A stretch of DNA of 64,000 nt from Chrysomallon squamiferum (taxonomy: Eukaryota; Animalia; Mollusca): NCBI GenBank assembly GCA_012295275.1, contig CM022672.1:2356001-2420000 (forward strand). The letters are read 5' to 3'. This document shows, piece by piece, positions 1-14,400 of the stretch (the first letter of the stretch is position 1; each line of letters starts with the position of its first letter). Made by a program: the position numbers and the translations under genes. The notes below the pieces were generated by a model that did no database searches, had not been told where the DNA came from, and worked only from the letters and a program-made list of their open reading frames with translations.

Positions 1-556
1 CCCACCCACCCACGGCCACCCTCTTCGATAGCCTTGGCAGTGTGCACTGCAATGTAATTCATCACCGAGCGCGTGTAAACAGCAGAACTGATAATTGAAG
101 GGGAAATTTTCACAAACACCAATTAGCAAAGACTGCAGAACGTCCGTGGCATTTTGTTGACCGTCAGGAACAAAGTCTGGTCGTATTTTTGCTGTGGCAA
201 GGCAAACGAATGAAATGATTCTTAAACGAGGGCGAGGTGACGGCACGAGGGTAGCACGCACACCTCCGTCGTTAGCGAAACAGTCATCGCGCGTCTCATA
301 CGTCTTGTGCGTTTTATAATATCTGCGTTGCTTAGATGCGAGATTATTGCATAACAGAGAACAAAAACAATAAAGACGAAATTATGTTATATTTGTTTGT
401 GACAGCATGAATCTCTCTCTCTGTCTGTCTGTCTCTGTCTCTCTCTCTCTCTGTCTCTCCTCTTTTCTCTCGATCTTTCATTTATGAGTGTGCTATTTCA
501 ATATGACTGACACAAGATATATTATTTAACGATCTGATTATAAAATTATTAAAAAA

Positions 557-587
<31 letters not shown>

Positions 588-1715
588 ATACATGCAAAAG
601 TGTCTACAGCAAAGAGAAGCCACCAAATTAAAAAAAAAAAAAAAAAAATTAAAAAAATAAAAAAAAAAAAAAATTTTTTTGAAGCAACTTGTTTGTGTCC
701 GCGTCATAAATTTCATTTTGTCGTAAGTTTATCTTTCTAAAGACAACTTTCCCATGGCTTTATCTCTCCGTCTTGAGATCATTATGTCAGTTTATTTGTT
801 TACTGAAGTGTCCCTTGTAATCAGCCTTGAACAATAACACAACAACCCTTTTGTTTCTGCCGTGAGTTTACTCTCAGGAATAGACCTGTGCGTATGAATG
901 AAACGCTTTGTTTACGTCCCAACACCCCAGCACCGACATGTTTACTCAGACGTTGTTAGATGTCAGATAAACTAATTATCTCAAAAATCCGTCCATGATA
1001 ATTGAAAAATAATAACACGCATAGTGAGTGATGAGAATATAAATAATAACAATAGTAATAATAATAATTAAAAAAATACTGATGATGATGATAATAAATA
1101 AATAAAACTACATCTTCAATATGCTGATTCTTTAAATAAATTATAAAATAAGTAAGAAGGTATTATTTTAAAAATTAGATAAAAATATTGATCAATGATA
1201 GATGAATAAATTTAGACAGAGAAATAATTTTTTTTTTTTTTTTTTCGATTACCGGCAAATAATCTTTTTAACGTACATTCCTATAAACAGAAAAACACAT
1301 ACTAACTGCTTTCATAAACAAAAACTGTATCCGCATAGATGGTATCTTTGAGAAATACGAATTTGTTTTCAACCTATCTTTTGTATGGAGAAACATTCCA
1401 TGCGGATATTATTGGAAATGAATGCCAATACCTATATCAGCCTTTTATTCGCCACAAAAAGAAGCTTTAAATTCGGTTAACCCGTGTGATGACTTACACC
1501 CATAAACAATGATACAGCGACAATTTTAATTATATTAAGTGTCACCAGCTTATTAACGTCTTTATTGCATTAAGCAGGTGCAGCGAATAGGTAAAAGAGT
1601 TAAGACATTTCGTGCTTAAATCCCTGTCGAAGTTTTATGGCATCTTTGCATTGGTATGTGGCAATGCGATTAGCTTACTGAATAAATTTGGAAGACTCGT
1701 GCAGAATGGTGGGTT

Positions 1716-1746
<31 letters not shown>

Positions 1747-2404
1747 TGGAGAGCTTACCAGATGTGCGCAATCCAACATATTAAAAAGAGATTGCTTTCT
1801 TTATCCTGCTAGCTTTGCTGGAGCGCTTCTTTATCGTTTGCGTTTATCCACCTATCGAGGTGAAATAACCGACCACCACTAGCCAAAATATGACAAGTAT
1901 GCTGATGGTCGGCCATGTCCACGGCAAGGTAGCGTCCCGAGACATATCTTCCCATCCCGCGATGCGGGTTGTAAGAAGGGCTCGACCAGCGACACGTGTT
2001 TCGATTAGATTTATCAGTTTTTGTCTACAGACGGATACAAAGTTCGCAAGATTCCTACCACACAAGGCGTTGAAATGAATAAGTTAAAGGTTGAAGGAAT
2101 GCTTAATTGCCAGAGCTATTGCTACGAAATTGTCATTTTTTTGTGATTTGCAGCTTAATCGTTTTAACTTTCAAGCTTTACTTGGTCGTGCTACGCAAGC
2201 TATTTCTTACCGTTCATTTTTGTTTTTACCATTTTTGCTTTTACCACCCAGAGAGCGAATCAACGATGTAATCGCTGTTTTAATAACACTTAAATTGTAA
2301 TTTACTTAGAGTTGTATATACTCACTCTCAGATATACACGTGTATGATCACAAGACAGTAGCAATGTTTTAATGGAAAATAAACGAAATCACAATAAGAT
2401 ATAC

Positions 2405-2560
2405 GAATATAGATAGATAGGTAGGCAAGTAGACAGAACAGTAGATAGATAAACTGACTGATATAATTTTATTGATAGACATATAGACAGATAGATAGAC
2501 AGATATACAAACAGACAGACACACAGACAGATAGACAGATAGGTAGATAGACAGACAAAC
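2405..2560. repeat. Compound (AGAT/AGAC)n tetranucleotide repeat
   Basis: Seen directly. Confidence 0.85.
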
Positions 2561-3764
2561 AGTTATGATATTTTTGTATTTGTGATGTTGCATTTCGCAA
2601 GATATATATACGTTTGAGCTGTAAATGAGTGTACACAACAATAATCTGTGTGGACATAATATTAAATCTACGATAATTATGCAAACCTACTACAGTTTTG
2701 CTTGCAGAAAGGTTCAGGAGTGACAGAATGTCAAAGTGACAGATCAGTCACATTTATCTATCATTTGTTTCATGATTAAATACTCGGCTCCCTGCACAGG
2801 TTTGATAACCTCGGTCTTAGAGGGATTTGCCCTTATGTCTGTCGATAATCTGCCCACTTGACAAACTACGGGAGGTCTGATAAACAAACCAAATCGGGCC
2901 TGTAAATTATGTCGCCACATTTTATGAATGGGAGTAATAATATTACAATTTTAAAGGCTACGTTTTCTGTGTTTTCTTTTCTCGGTATCACAGCAGTCGT
3001 TTGAAAGTTATAAATAACCTACTACGTGCCAAAGAAACAGAAGTTGTTCTGAATATTGTTGTCGTAATCCTGGAGACATCCCACGTCCCGTATTAGAAGA
3101 GTTTAATATTATATAAACACTGTTTCGAAAGCGATTTCCTTACAATATGTTATGTACATATACTAATAAAAAGAATTTATTTTCAAGAATTTTACGTCTC
3201 AAAGCTGGTCTCATAAGCGGGTTGTAGGGGGTAGGTCTTGTAGTATAAGCCTGCTTTTATTATTCTTTTTTTTTTTCAGTCCGATACGTGATCCTGATAT
3301 CAGTGTTATTTCCAGCACAGTTGTTGTAATACCCTTTTTTATTACTGAAATTTTTCAATCATCCTCGTTTTATAGCGTTTCATTTAAATTGTTTTTTTTT
3401 TTTTTTTTTTAAATAATCATCGAATTGATAGAGATCTGCTTATACGTTATTTAAATAATAACAGTTATTAAGTGCCATTTATATGATTTTCTAAATGACT
3501 GTATGAAAGAGGAAGCATTTTATAATTAGCTGTAAGGCGTCTTTGTTGTGCAGAAAAACATTTACCACAGCTTTTAATACTCTGGTCGTTGAGAACAAGT
3601 TGTAACTGATTGACTTGAGCTCATCTAGGATTGATCCTGCAAACCTCCCCACGCTGAATCGAACTCTGAACTATGAACTAAACTCATACGATGTGTTAGT
3701 TTCCTATTTCTATACAGTCTACATAATAGATACCTGTTTAAAACAAATACATAAATAAATGAAT

Positions 3765-3776
3765 ATACATACATAC

Positions 3777-3852
<76 letters not shown>

Positions 3853-3853
3853 G
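3765..3853. repeat. (TACA)n followed by (TG)n microsatellite
   Basis: Seen directly. Confidence 0.95.
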
Positions 3854-5261
3854 CATGTAAATAAATAAATAAATTAATGACACAATTAATGTGTCATAAC
3901 ATTTAGTTCCGATTAACTGAAAAAACAAAACTTGGCAGGTTAATTTGATGGATGGTATTGCAACAGTCTTCAAAAAACAAACAAAAAAAACAAAAAAAAA
4001 AACCCCATAAAATAAATAGTAAAATAAAATAACTTGGCCATTATATACACGCACCTTAAATTTAGTCACATATCTTAGATAATCAGAAAAAAGAAAATAG
4101 GAAATATAAAAAGACTAGATAAAAGAAAAGAAGGATTAAAGAAAAAGCAAACGAAAATTTAGCGTGTTAAAAAATTAGTGTTTAACTGATTTAAAACGGT
4201 AAATGGTTTCTTTATTTTTTTTTTTTTTTTTGGCAATCCAGTTTAAAAAGTTACAGATGTTGTATTCTTGTTCAAAACATCCATCAAACGTTACTGATTT
4301 CACTAATTCCTGTTACTAATTTAATTTACTAATATAATGTAAAATTAAACTTTAAATTATAATCCAAACAGGTCGCATGAAGCGTTGAAAGTTTTATTGA
4401 GACAAACTAATCTGATGAATCAATAAATATTTTTAAATTTACACGTTTACAACCGACAAACACGTGTTTAAGGACCCTACTGCAGCAAAAAAAAAAAAAA
4501 AAAAACCCAAAACATCCAAAAATAAAAATAAATGACCCCCAAAAAAAAAAACCCCCATAAATAACATAAAATAAAAATAAAAATAAATAAATAATCATTA
4601 GAAAAAACAAATTCTCTCTGGCATCTAATTTTGTTCTGCTGCAAATCATCCTATTGATAAAATAGCCTAAATATAGCCAGGCGGCTATCTTTATAAACAA
4701 ATACAAAACTTCATCCTTTCCAAAAAAAAAGACGATGCCATAACGTTGAAAGTGCATTGACTCCGGGGGTTGTAAATTTGTCATTAATTTCCAGTGATGT
4801 CCGGGTGCCGGTGTCATAAAAAAAAAGCTTTAAAAGCAATTTCTCGGCAGTGTCTCTGGGATCTCTTTGAAACACTTTCTAAAACATTTCACAGAACCAC
4901 TCGGCGTGTTACTAATACATCTTATGCTTCTACAGGGTGGAAGATAACAAACGCGAAAGTGGGAAGATGGATGACGTTTTAAATGGCAATAAAATGCGCT
5001 AATGCTCATAGATGTTTTTAGATAGCATTCTTCATAACGACCCTGTTCGGGTGTTTCTATCTCTGATACAGGGGAAGACGGTATACTGCGCAGTTTGAAT
5101 CAGCGGAACATTATCTGTTGCATAGTTCAAATTTACTAAAGCACAAGGAAACTGATGTGGTCGGTTCATCTAATAATCAAAGGTTTTCTTTCACTCACTC
5201 TATATCCCTCTCTCTTAACTTTCCATATTAACTGTTTTTCTGTGTGCGTTCTCAAGTACAC

Positions 5262-5265
<4 letters not shown>

Positions 5266-5350
<85 letters not shown>
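5266..5350. repeat. (AG)n microsatellite
   Basis: Perfect tract seen directly. Confidence 0.98.
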
Positions 5351-5354
<4 letters not shown>

Positions 5355-6466
5355 TAAAAAAAGATTCTCTCAATTCTCTCCGCTATTAATGTCCTGTTTA
5401 CATTATTATTAGGAATTCCACAAATAACCAGAACATGATGGACTTTGTGTCCTGTTTAGGAGTGGAAACCTACCGGACCTTGAGCCTTCGTTTGTCTTTG
5501 ATGTATTCATCTAATGCACTTTGAACTACGGTTCATGCTGGAAATGCTTGTTATTTTAACATTTTTTATTGCTATTTTTATTTATTTATTTAGTTTTATT
5601 AATTGACACTTTTTTTTTGGCTTGCTGAGAATTATTAGAATGCAATGTTTACCAAAATGTTCAGTAAAATTTGATTCTTTTAATTACACATATCAGAATT
5701 AATATCTGCAAAGTGATAGTTGTCTTAAACATTACTTTTGTTTCGACTGCAGTCTGAATAAAAATAATGTCAATGAGCATACTCCTGTTTGAACTGTTAA
5801 TCACCAAACAGAGCGATTCCCTTTAACTCCACATAAATATGAACGATCGGAGTTTCTTTACATTACAGTGGATGACAGTCAGCTTTGAAAAAAGCTAAAC
5901 ATTTTAAGTACTGGCTCATCGTATTTATTGACACTAAATATATATGATAATAATTGCAAAAATACGCTTAACACTCTAGAACTTAGACATTTTTTTAAAT
6001 TCTGTACGTCAAGACCTCATAGCCTGTAGTGTTTGAATCTCTGAACACCGTGCATGTCACTCCTGCGTACACACAGCTTCAAATCACAACACAGGGGACA
6101 GAAAAATAAAATAAACAAAATGAAAATATGCCACCAATATGCAATTCATACGGGAAGCAATGGGCAATTAAAAGCTTGTTTTAACAACAGCACCCCCTTC
6201 ACTGGAGTGCTAGTTGGCGCATATTTGTCCAAATTACCCCCATCGACGAGAGAAGAATTCAATTCACATGGGTTTATAAAAAGCTAGGTCTTGTTATCAG
6301 GTTTTATTGGCTTTCTAAGATGGTGTTTTCAAATGAGTTGAAGACGTGACCGGTTATTATTCGTCTGTGGGAGGCCAGTGTTAGTGAGTAGGAGACCACA
6401 AAACATGAAAACAGCTGTCTAGAAACCACGTAGGCAAATCTTCCATACTTTTTTTTTATAAAATTG

Positions 6467-6582
<116 letters not shown>

Positions 6583-7011
6583 TTCCTTTTCTTCTATCTC
6601 TTTCTAAAATTGTTTGTTTGTCATTTCTCTCTTATTCTCTCGTAGCTTCTCTCTCACATTTTGTTTCTATACAGTTCAGGCTTTTAATACATGTATCTCG
6701 CTCTCCTGTGTGTATGTGTGAAAATGTAACATATCAGTCTACGCTGCTGTGTATAGACGCATGTGACACTCGAGGTTGCATCTCATCAAGTGAAACAAAA
6801 CTATGCATTCCAATGCTTCTGACCTGTCGTTCCTATCAAACACGGGATGGTGCGGGGAATTACCCATTTCATCATCCTGGACATTGATACTTCCCTGTGA
6901 CAATACGTTAATTTATTGTTTTTGTTCATAGGAATGATAAGCAAGGGCACCAGTTATTAACTACACAGCTATTCACATAGATAGTATTAACAAATAATGG
7001 ATCATAAATTG

Positions 7012-7081
7012 TAATAATAATAATAAGAATAATAATAATAAGAATAAGAATAAGAATAAGAATAATCATAATCATGATCAA

Positions 7082-7157
<76 letters not shown>
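7012..7157. repeat. (AAT)n with AATAAG variants
   Basis: Seen directly. Confidence 0.95.
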
Positions 7158-7158
<1 letters not shown>

Positions 7159-7514
7159 TAATAAAAATTGTTGGGTTTTGGTTTGTTTAAAGCGTTACGT
7201 TAGTATTAAATTATTATAAACAACAATATCAAGGAAAACTATAATAAATACTTTTTCTGAAAAATTTCAGATAATTACTGTTAGTCTCTTTTTACAATAC
7301 CTACTCATCATCTTTTCCATATTCTTCTTCTTCTTCTTCCTATCATCATCAACATCATAAACATTATCATTATCATTAAAATAATAGCAAGAATTTAATA
7401 TCTGTATAAAAATAATGAAAGGCACTCCCCATTCATGTAAATGTACAGAATATTTCAGATTAAAAAGTAATAAGCCTTGCATGCGCTTGAATAAATAATC
7501 TCATCATTTCACGA

Positions 7515-7640
7515 GTATTTATTAAACGACATCAGGAAATAGTTTAATATTTAAATATTATTAGGAATGAGCCACATGATTTTTTTAAAATTTTTAAAAA
7601 ATAATGATAATGTCTGAGAGAGGAAACCCGCTGCTAGTAA
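7515..7640 (-). mobile_element. Decayed SINE 3' fragment
   Basis: tttattaaacgac...tgagagaggaaacccgctgc resembles, from memory, the reverse complement of the 3' part of gastropod tRNA-derived SINEs. Not verified by search. Confidence 0.35.
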
Positions 7641-8329
7641 GCACCCTGCTGGTTAATCATCAATTAATAAAACAATTAATGTATTGTATACGTCTGCTTC
7701 TTTCTAAGTCTGTTAATTTAATCTTAAAAGAAAATTGTAAATGCTTTGTTCCACGCTTATTCATACGATTTTTAATTAAATTTTTTAAACATAATTATAG
7801 GGGCATATTAATGTTTGAAACATGTGCGTGGCGCACAACATACACGGCAGAATAGGCTGCCATTTCAAGCGTTCACCGCGAGTAGTTGTAAGGGGAATAA
7901 CTCGCGCTGGAACAACGACCAAGAGCTGTATGGGCTCAGGTAAAATTTACACAGGTGTAAAAGTAGCTCGTCATAAACCTGTGAATATCTCGGCTCAGAG
8001 ATTAACTACACTGACAATGTTAATATTGTTCTCTCCTTTTCCCCCGTTAATTTTACGTATACAAGAAACCTGTTAATGTAACTGAGCAACAGCCGTAAAA
8101 CTGGAATAATTTTAAACTTCGTCTTGCATTTAAAGTTATTACCGTACACACGTTAAGTCTATTTTGCTTTTTATCAATATAATCCCTTGCGCAATAACAC
8201 AGAGATTAAATCACCCTAAAAAAAAAGAAGAAAGAGATAAAAATGGACACGTAAAAAAAAAAAAAAAAAATCTTTTTTGGGGGGAGGAAAATCAGTGACT
8301 ACTTTCTTGTTTGCTCTTGTATTAACGAG

Positions 8330-9120
8330 ACCGGCAACATAGGAAAATATGTGCATCCTCGTCTTTCGCACTGACCTCGTCCTTCCCGGTGTGTTCATAT
8401 ATATTCTATTGTCTCTCGCTGCGTCCAATCAGAGCCGAGCTCTCGGCGAGAAAAGAGAACGAGAGAGAGCTGAACTGCGGGACACACGTAAAACCGCCCG
8501 GACTCGACGAGAGGAAGTTCGGCAGTCGCAGTCGACCACATCGAGCGAATAATTACATATAAATGTTTCACACGAAATTCTGGATAGTGAAGTTTTACTG
8601 GGCGAGATCGAAAAGAAAATATCCAAATTAAAAATAAATTTAAAAAAAAAAAAAAAAAAAAAATTTGAATTCAGCTTAAACCGAGGAAAGGAATATAGAT
8701 ATTTATTTGTTTTTTTTTTTTTTTTTAAAAAGGATTAAAAAAAGAGAAGATTATTTATATATTCCGACGTCCGTGTCATTTAAAAGGATCAGTGATTTTT
8801 ATTTTTATATATTATAATATATACTTTTTATTTATTTATTTATTTATTTATTTATTTTTTTGTTGCTGCTAACTAATGATTGTTGAGAGTACGCTATGCA
8901 GTGTCGAGTGTTACTTGGCTCACGTGCTCGCAGTTCACCTGAGACCTGAACGGGTACTCCCGGAGTCCCGATGTGGCTTTCTCTTCGTCCAACGTTCCTT
9001 CGCAGGCCCGCCACATTCTCCGGGTCTATTTGGAGTCTACGTCTGGCTGTGAGTGCGCTTGGAGAAGTGTTGTCGCACGGCTTAAGACGCTTCAATCTGG
9101 AGACGGGGTAGCCGTTTATA
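8330..9120 (+). promoter_or_regulatory. Probable FGF promoter / start of a long 5' leader
   Basis: Two GC- and CpG-enriched blocks (about 8330-8550 and 8890-9120) lie 0.8-1.6 kb upstream of the ATG. CCAATCAG is at 8425 and Inr-like CAGTC repeats are near 8523-8533. The TSS cannot be fixed from sequence. Confidence 0.4.
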
Positions 9121-9846
9121 ATTTTCATATGTATGTTTTATTTTATTTTGTTTTGTTTTTACGTTGAAGAATTTTTTTGTTTGTTTTAAAGTTCACAACT
9201 TGTCGGAGGTACTGGTAATATTTTTGTCGCGTTGTCTCGGGCTGAGAGGCATCTGATTGTGGATTTATTACTACAACTGGCGTTTGGTTCTGGAGAAACT
9301 AGTGTTTCTTAAGCACTTCTACTTACGTGTTTGGATTCTTTTGGGAAAAAAGAAAAAAGAAAAAAAAATACTTCGTGGATTTCTACCTCACATTATTATT
9401 ATTATTTTTTTTAACTTCTTGCAAGGTAAACCATCTTTTGTTTTCTTCATTTTGAACTTAGATTTATATATATAATACATTACCATCAGAAGTACCAGGA
9501 AATTGTTTCTTAAGTTACTTGAAAACAATTATAATTGTAGTGGAGAACTGCTCTAGCAAAACAATGCTGTTATATACTGGATATAACTTCTAGACGAAAT
9601 ACAAACGATCTTGGATTTGTTAGTGGCTTTTCTGAATCCAGGAGAAGCAGTTCACACACTTTCTTACAGTTACAGCAATTTCAGAAGACTAATTTTTTGG
9701 TTTCGTTGGAATCATTAAAAGGACTTACCTTAAAGGATTCGACCGCTAAAAAAGAAGCCTTTTGTCTCTCGTTTGTGAATTAGCAGATATTTTTTGCTAT
9801 TTTTCCCCTGTTGTTTTTGTTGTTGAATATATTTGCTGTGTACTGG

Positions 9847-9929
9847 ATGGAGAAGAAAGCTTGGCTGTCCGCATGTTAACATTTAGAATGGAACGCGGGA
9901 CAGCCTATACGGGGGTTGTCGCATTATGA
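9847..9929 (+). promoter_or_regulatory. Two overlapping upstream ORFs in the FGF 5' leader
   Basis: uORF 9847-9879 encodes MEKKAWLSAC*. uORF 9873-9929 encodes MLTFRMERGTAYTGVVAL* and its TGA overlaps the main ATG (ATGA at 9926-9929). Confidence 0.5.
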
Positions 9930-9965
9930 GGAAAGGTGGTCTACAGTTGGATTCAAGCCGATGCA

Positions 9966-9966
<1 letters not shown>
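9926..9966 (+). CDS. FGF8/17/18: FGF coding exon 1 (MRKGGLQLDSSRC + 2 nt)
   Basis: ATG at 9926 has an in-frame upstream TAG at 9884. The exon ends at CAG|GTAAT (donor 9967). Its phase 2 fits exon 2. This is the least certain exon because it is short and has no homology signal. Confidence 0.7.
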
Positions 9967-9967
<1 letters not shown>

Positions 9968-10004
<37 letters not shown>

Positions 10005-10035
10005 CTTTTATTATAGTATATATGTATCTGTATGT

Positions 10036-10096
<61 letters not shown>
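9968..10096. repeat. (TAA)n then (TG)n immediately after the exon 1 donor
   Basis: Seen directly. Confidence 0.95.
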
Positions 10097-10099
<3 letters not shown>

Positions 10100-10634
10100 G
10101 TATGATGGTGATCACCTTATCTGAAGCCTGGATTATATTTTAAGATCAGATCTTTTTTATTATTATTTCATATTTTCAACATGTGAAAACTGATAATATA
10201 AAAGGCAAATAAAAGTATGTGCATTTGAATGTTCAACTAAAAAAAAAGAAGGAAAATATCAATGTTTTAACAAAACCAAATACGTAGTGTTGCATGGCGA
10301 AATGTCATGGTATGTACTGTTCTGTTTTTGAAGATAATATAGGTAAATAAATTATTCGATCTACTGTTGATAGTATGTATAGCTCCATCTGAAATTTCTG
10401 AAACTAAATATTTTTATTTTACACATGTATCCACTGATTATAATCTAAAGACGCCTCTTCTTAAGTCGAATTCAGTATTCAGTGATGTCGTTAAAATCAC
10501 TTTACTACCACAATAAAATAAGATATTATCCAATTATATGATTTACTGCGATATATAAAATTTAATGTGTATTTTCCTTTAAAGACTAGAGAGGGCAATA
10601 TTATAAATTGAATAAAGACGACGTGAACAGTATA

Positions 10635-10687
<53 letters not shown>

Positions 10688-11053
10688 CACACACACAAAC
10701 GATATTTCTCATATATTTAGATACAAAGTAAGAAAAACAATACATGTAAAGCGAATAGATACACAGGTCTGATAAAATTAGAAATGTGTTGAGACAATTT
10801 CTGCTGTAAAATAATAGTTTTGTTTGCGGTTGTGTGTATATGACGATTCCCTTTGTAAATCCTTTAGAAAAGTAGTCATTCTTTCAGTGTTTCCAGTCGG
10901 CACTCGTACGTGAATGCTACTATGTATCACGTATTTGTTAGTCGCGTAGCACGTGCCCTAGCTCTAGTTTAAACTGAACATTAAGAATGAAAGGTAGAAA
11001 ACTAACAGCAGACGCTAGCCAAAAAGAAAAAAATGAAACCAAGAGAAAGTATT

Positions 11054-11153
<100 letters not shown>

Positions 11154-12244
11154 GAAATGTAATTCTGAAAGTACAATAACAATGTGTGAAAATTTTTTTC
11201 ACAAATTTGCATCTTGCTAAGCTACGTCAATGGAATACTCTTATTAGTTTGTGATATGTATCTTTTATACGTAGAACAATTATACTTTAACAAACAGCGG
11301 CGACACCACTATACACAGTCGCTCGAAAGGCAACAGTGATAGCATTTGCAAGAGAGGTTCACGTTATCTTTGCCAATCGCTACTCTACAATAGTCTTGAG
11401 TGTTTAACATCGCGGTCAGTGTAGTGCGAAATCGCTGACTAGGTAGTATGTACAGCAAAGCAGGGTGACGAGAGAGACAGAGATAAAAAGAATGGGGTAG
11501 CAGGCAACGCGATCTCCTTACTCACGACATTCATTCACACCCGTTACACATGTTCGATTTACCTCGTGGTTTCCATCTTCGAGTTCATCTGGTTCATCCA
11601 AAATCTATAATCTTTGTTTTTCTTTGTTCTTTTCACTCTCAGATATTCACGTATGTCTTCTTTCACCGTGACCCTTTGTCTTTCACTGCACCCTGCCTAA
11701 TCGCTTGTTAGCTTCGCCACTGTGTTTGTTGTCTGTAAGTTTGTTTTGTTTTTTGTCCCGAAAGCATTCATTCCGTATTGCATAACAAATTTGATATATG
11801 CTATATTGTTCATGTGTGTGCATGCACGGATTTATGGGAGAATTTTTCTTTGTCGTTTTGTCTTTTTTTTGTTGGTATTTTGTTTTGGTTTTGTATGTCA
11901 ATCAGTTTGTAAGTGTCTCTTTCTCCAACGGTGTAAGTCGATGTATCTTTACCTGTGTGTCTGTTTGCTGTGTGTGTTTGTGTTTCTGTATACATATTTG
12001 TCAGTCTGTCTATGGGGAAAGGTGACTTTTTGGATCCTGTCCTTCTAGAATGTTATCAAAGACTGTTGTATGTGTTTTCCTGTGAATTTCTCATAATTCT
12101 TAATATGCATGGAATTACAAATGTATGTGTATGTGTGTCTGTGTGTATGTATATAGGTATGCATGTATGCGTGTTTGTACTATATATATATATATATATA
12201 TATGTTGGTGGTATGGTGTTTGAATTAGTATTTGTGCTTGTGTG

Positions 12245-12282
<38 letters not shown>

Positions 12283-12697
12283 TGTGTGTGCGATCTATTT
12301 CTAAGTCTGTGTACAGGTACGTACACTCATTAATTCATTTGTAAATAAGGCCTACCTTTCACACCTAACACAGATCTTCTCCGAGCCTCCGAATGTTACG
12401 TGACATGAGCATTAGGCTGTGAACTTAGCGTGTCGCTAGTGACTAGGGTGTACCTTGATGTAAGATAAACCACAAACACTTTTAGAATTCTGAAAAAACC
12501 ACAGCCGTCGCTTTCAGACTGACAGTGCAGCATCGTGTACGCTCTGCATTGTGCAGTTATTTTACATAAAGTCGACATTTGAAAAGATAGTTTTCTTTTC
12601 TTTTCTTATCGAGTTCTATACGCTTCGAGAGATGTATACACCCCGAAGCGCTGTATTTAATAGTGTCAAATAAACAGCGTTTTTCGAATATTTTAAA

Positions 12698-12732
<35 letters not shown>

Positions 12733-13569
12733 ATAATAATAATAATAATAATGACGATGATGATAATGCTGATGATGGTGACGATGAGAATGATAATAAA
12801 TTATTTCACTATTTATTTATTCTAAAATAATCAAATACAAAATTAACAGTTCTAATCGTTAGAAATGTTGCACTGGTATTCATAATATTGGTGGAAATGG
12901 TGCTGGCAGTTTAAATAACAATATTTGTCAAATGGGTAAGTGGTTGTTGTGGTACTACTAGCAATATTAGTAGTAGAGGTATTAAAATTGGTAATAATAA
13001 TAACGACGATGATAATGACGGTGATTATAACGATATTGAATAAAATAATACTATTAATAATAAAAATATGGATTTTTACACTTTTAAATTTAAATTAATC
13101 TGTTCTCTATTTTAAATTATATGCGCACACAACAAAATAACGTTGTGGGACATGACAAGCAGAATGCAGTAAAAAGTATTTAAAACTTTCCTTCTTTTTT
13201 CTTCTTTGTTTAAAGAAATGCTCGGTACATTAAAGAAAAAAAAAATGACAATAAAACCTCAAAATGTTGTTGTAAACAGTAAATCAGCTGTGTTTTTTTT
13301 TCTCTGTTTATTCTTGTTATGAGCTAATACTTGTCAAAGAAATATCCTCTATCTTTTTTTAACAGCTTTTTATTTACATTTGTACGGATTTATTTCTTTT
13401 ATTGTGTCTTATTTTGTTAAAGATCAAAATAGTCTCAAACAAACTATTTCACAAGATTCTTCTTTTATTAGTTTGTATAATAATGGAAATTAACATACCG
13501 AATGTGGTTATTAATATTAAATTATAATTTCTATAAAATGCCTAACTTAATGTCGGAGCAAATTTTAAA

Positions 13570-13890
13570 GCTGCTACTTTTACTACTACCATTACTGATG
13601 TACTTAATGTTATTATTACTGTTTTTGTAAAGATATATTTTGCTAAAGATATATCTATTACTACTACTACTACTACTGTTATTACTGCTATTACTAATAC
13701 TATATTACTGCTACTACTGTTACTACCACTTTTTCTAATATTATTTTACTATTAACACTTCTACTACTACCACTGCTGCTGCAACTAATAATAATACTGT
13801 CATTCTACTATTATTATTGTTACTACTGCTATGTTAACAATACTTTTGTTGATATTACTGCTGAAACAACTGCGACTACTAATATTATAT
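13570..13890. repeat. Degenerate (ACT/ATT/GCT)n trinucleotide low-complexity tract
   Basis: Seen directly. Confidence 0.8.
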
Positions 13891-14400
13891 TACAAGCATT
13901 AACATTGTATCACACAATACTTTTCATTATCGTAGTTTATCTTGAATAAACTTACAGTAGTAAACTTTGCAGTATGTTACCTTATTTGCCTAAATACCCA
14001 TAACCACATCGTACTTCATCTTATAATAAACACACAGTTTATAATAAATGAACATTCATAATTTGTTAAACATATTTTAAAACTTCATAAAACAAAACCG
14101 TCCCTGACCTAGGTGCGAAGGTCGCTAGCATATTTTTCAATGTTTGTAAGAGCTTGGGATTTTTCACAGGACGCCCCCGTCGTCAAATTTATTCTCTGCT
14201 CTTTCTGTTTACAGGTTTCGGTTGGCACAATCGATATAATGATCTTGTTAGCCAGCTTCAGTTTGCATCGTAAGAACTGGTTTAGTTTAAAGCTTTTGTT
14301 TTATTGTGTTTTGTATTACGACGTGAGCGTTCTTCTTTTAACTTTGTGAGACATGAATGGCCAAGAATTAATCTTGCTAAATACTTTATACTGGATTACT

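Noticed and set aside
9916-10098. Track ORF overlapping exon 1
   Set aside because: It starts at TTG, is in a different frame from the spliced FGF, and runs into (TAA)n/(TG)n repeats.
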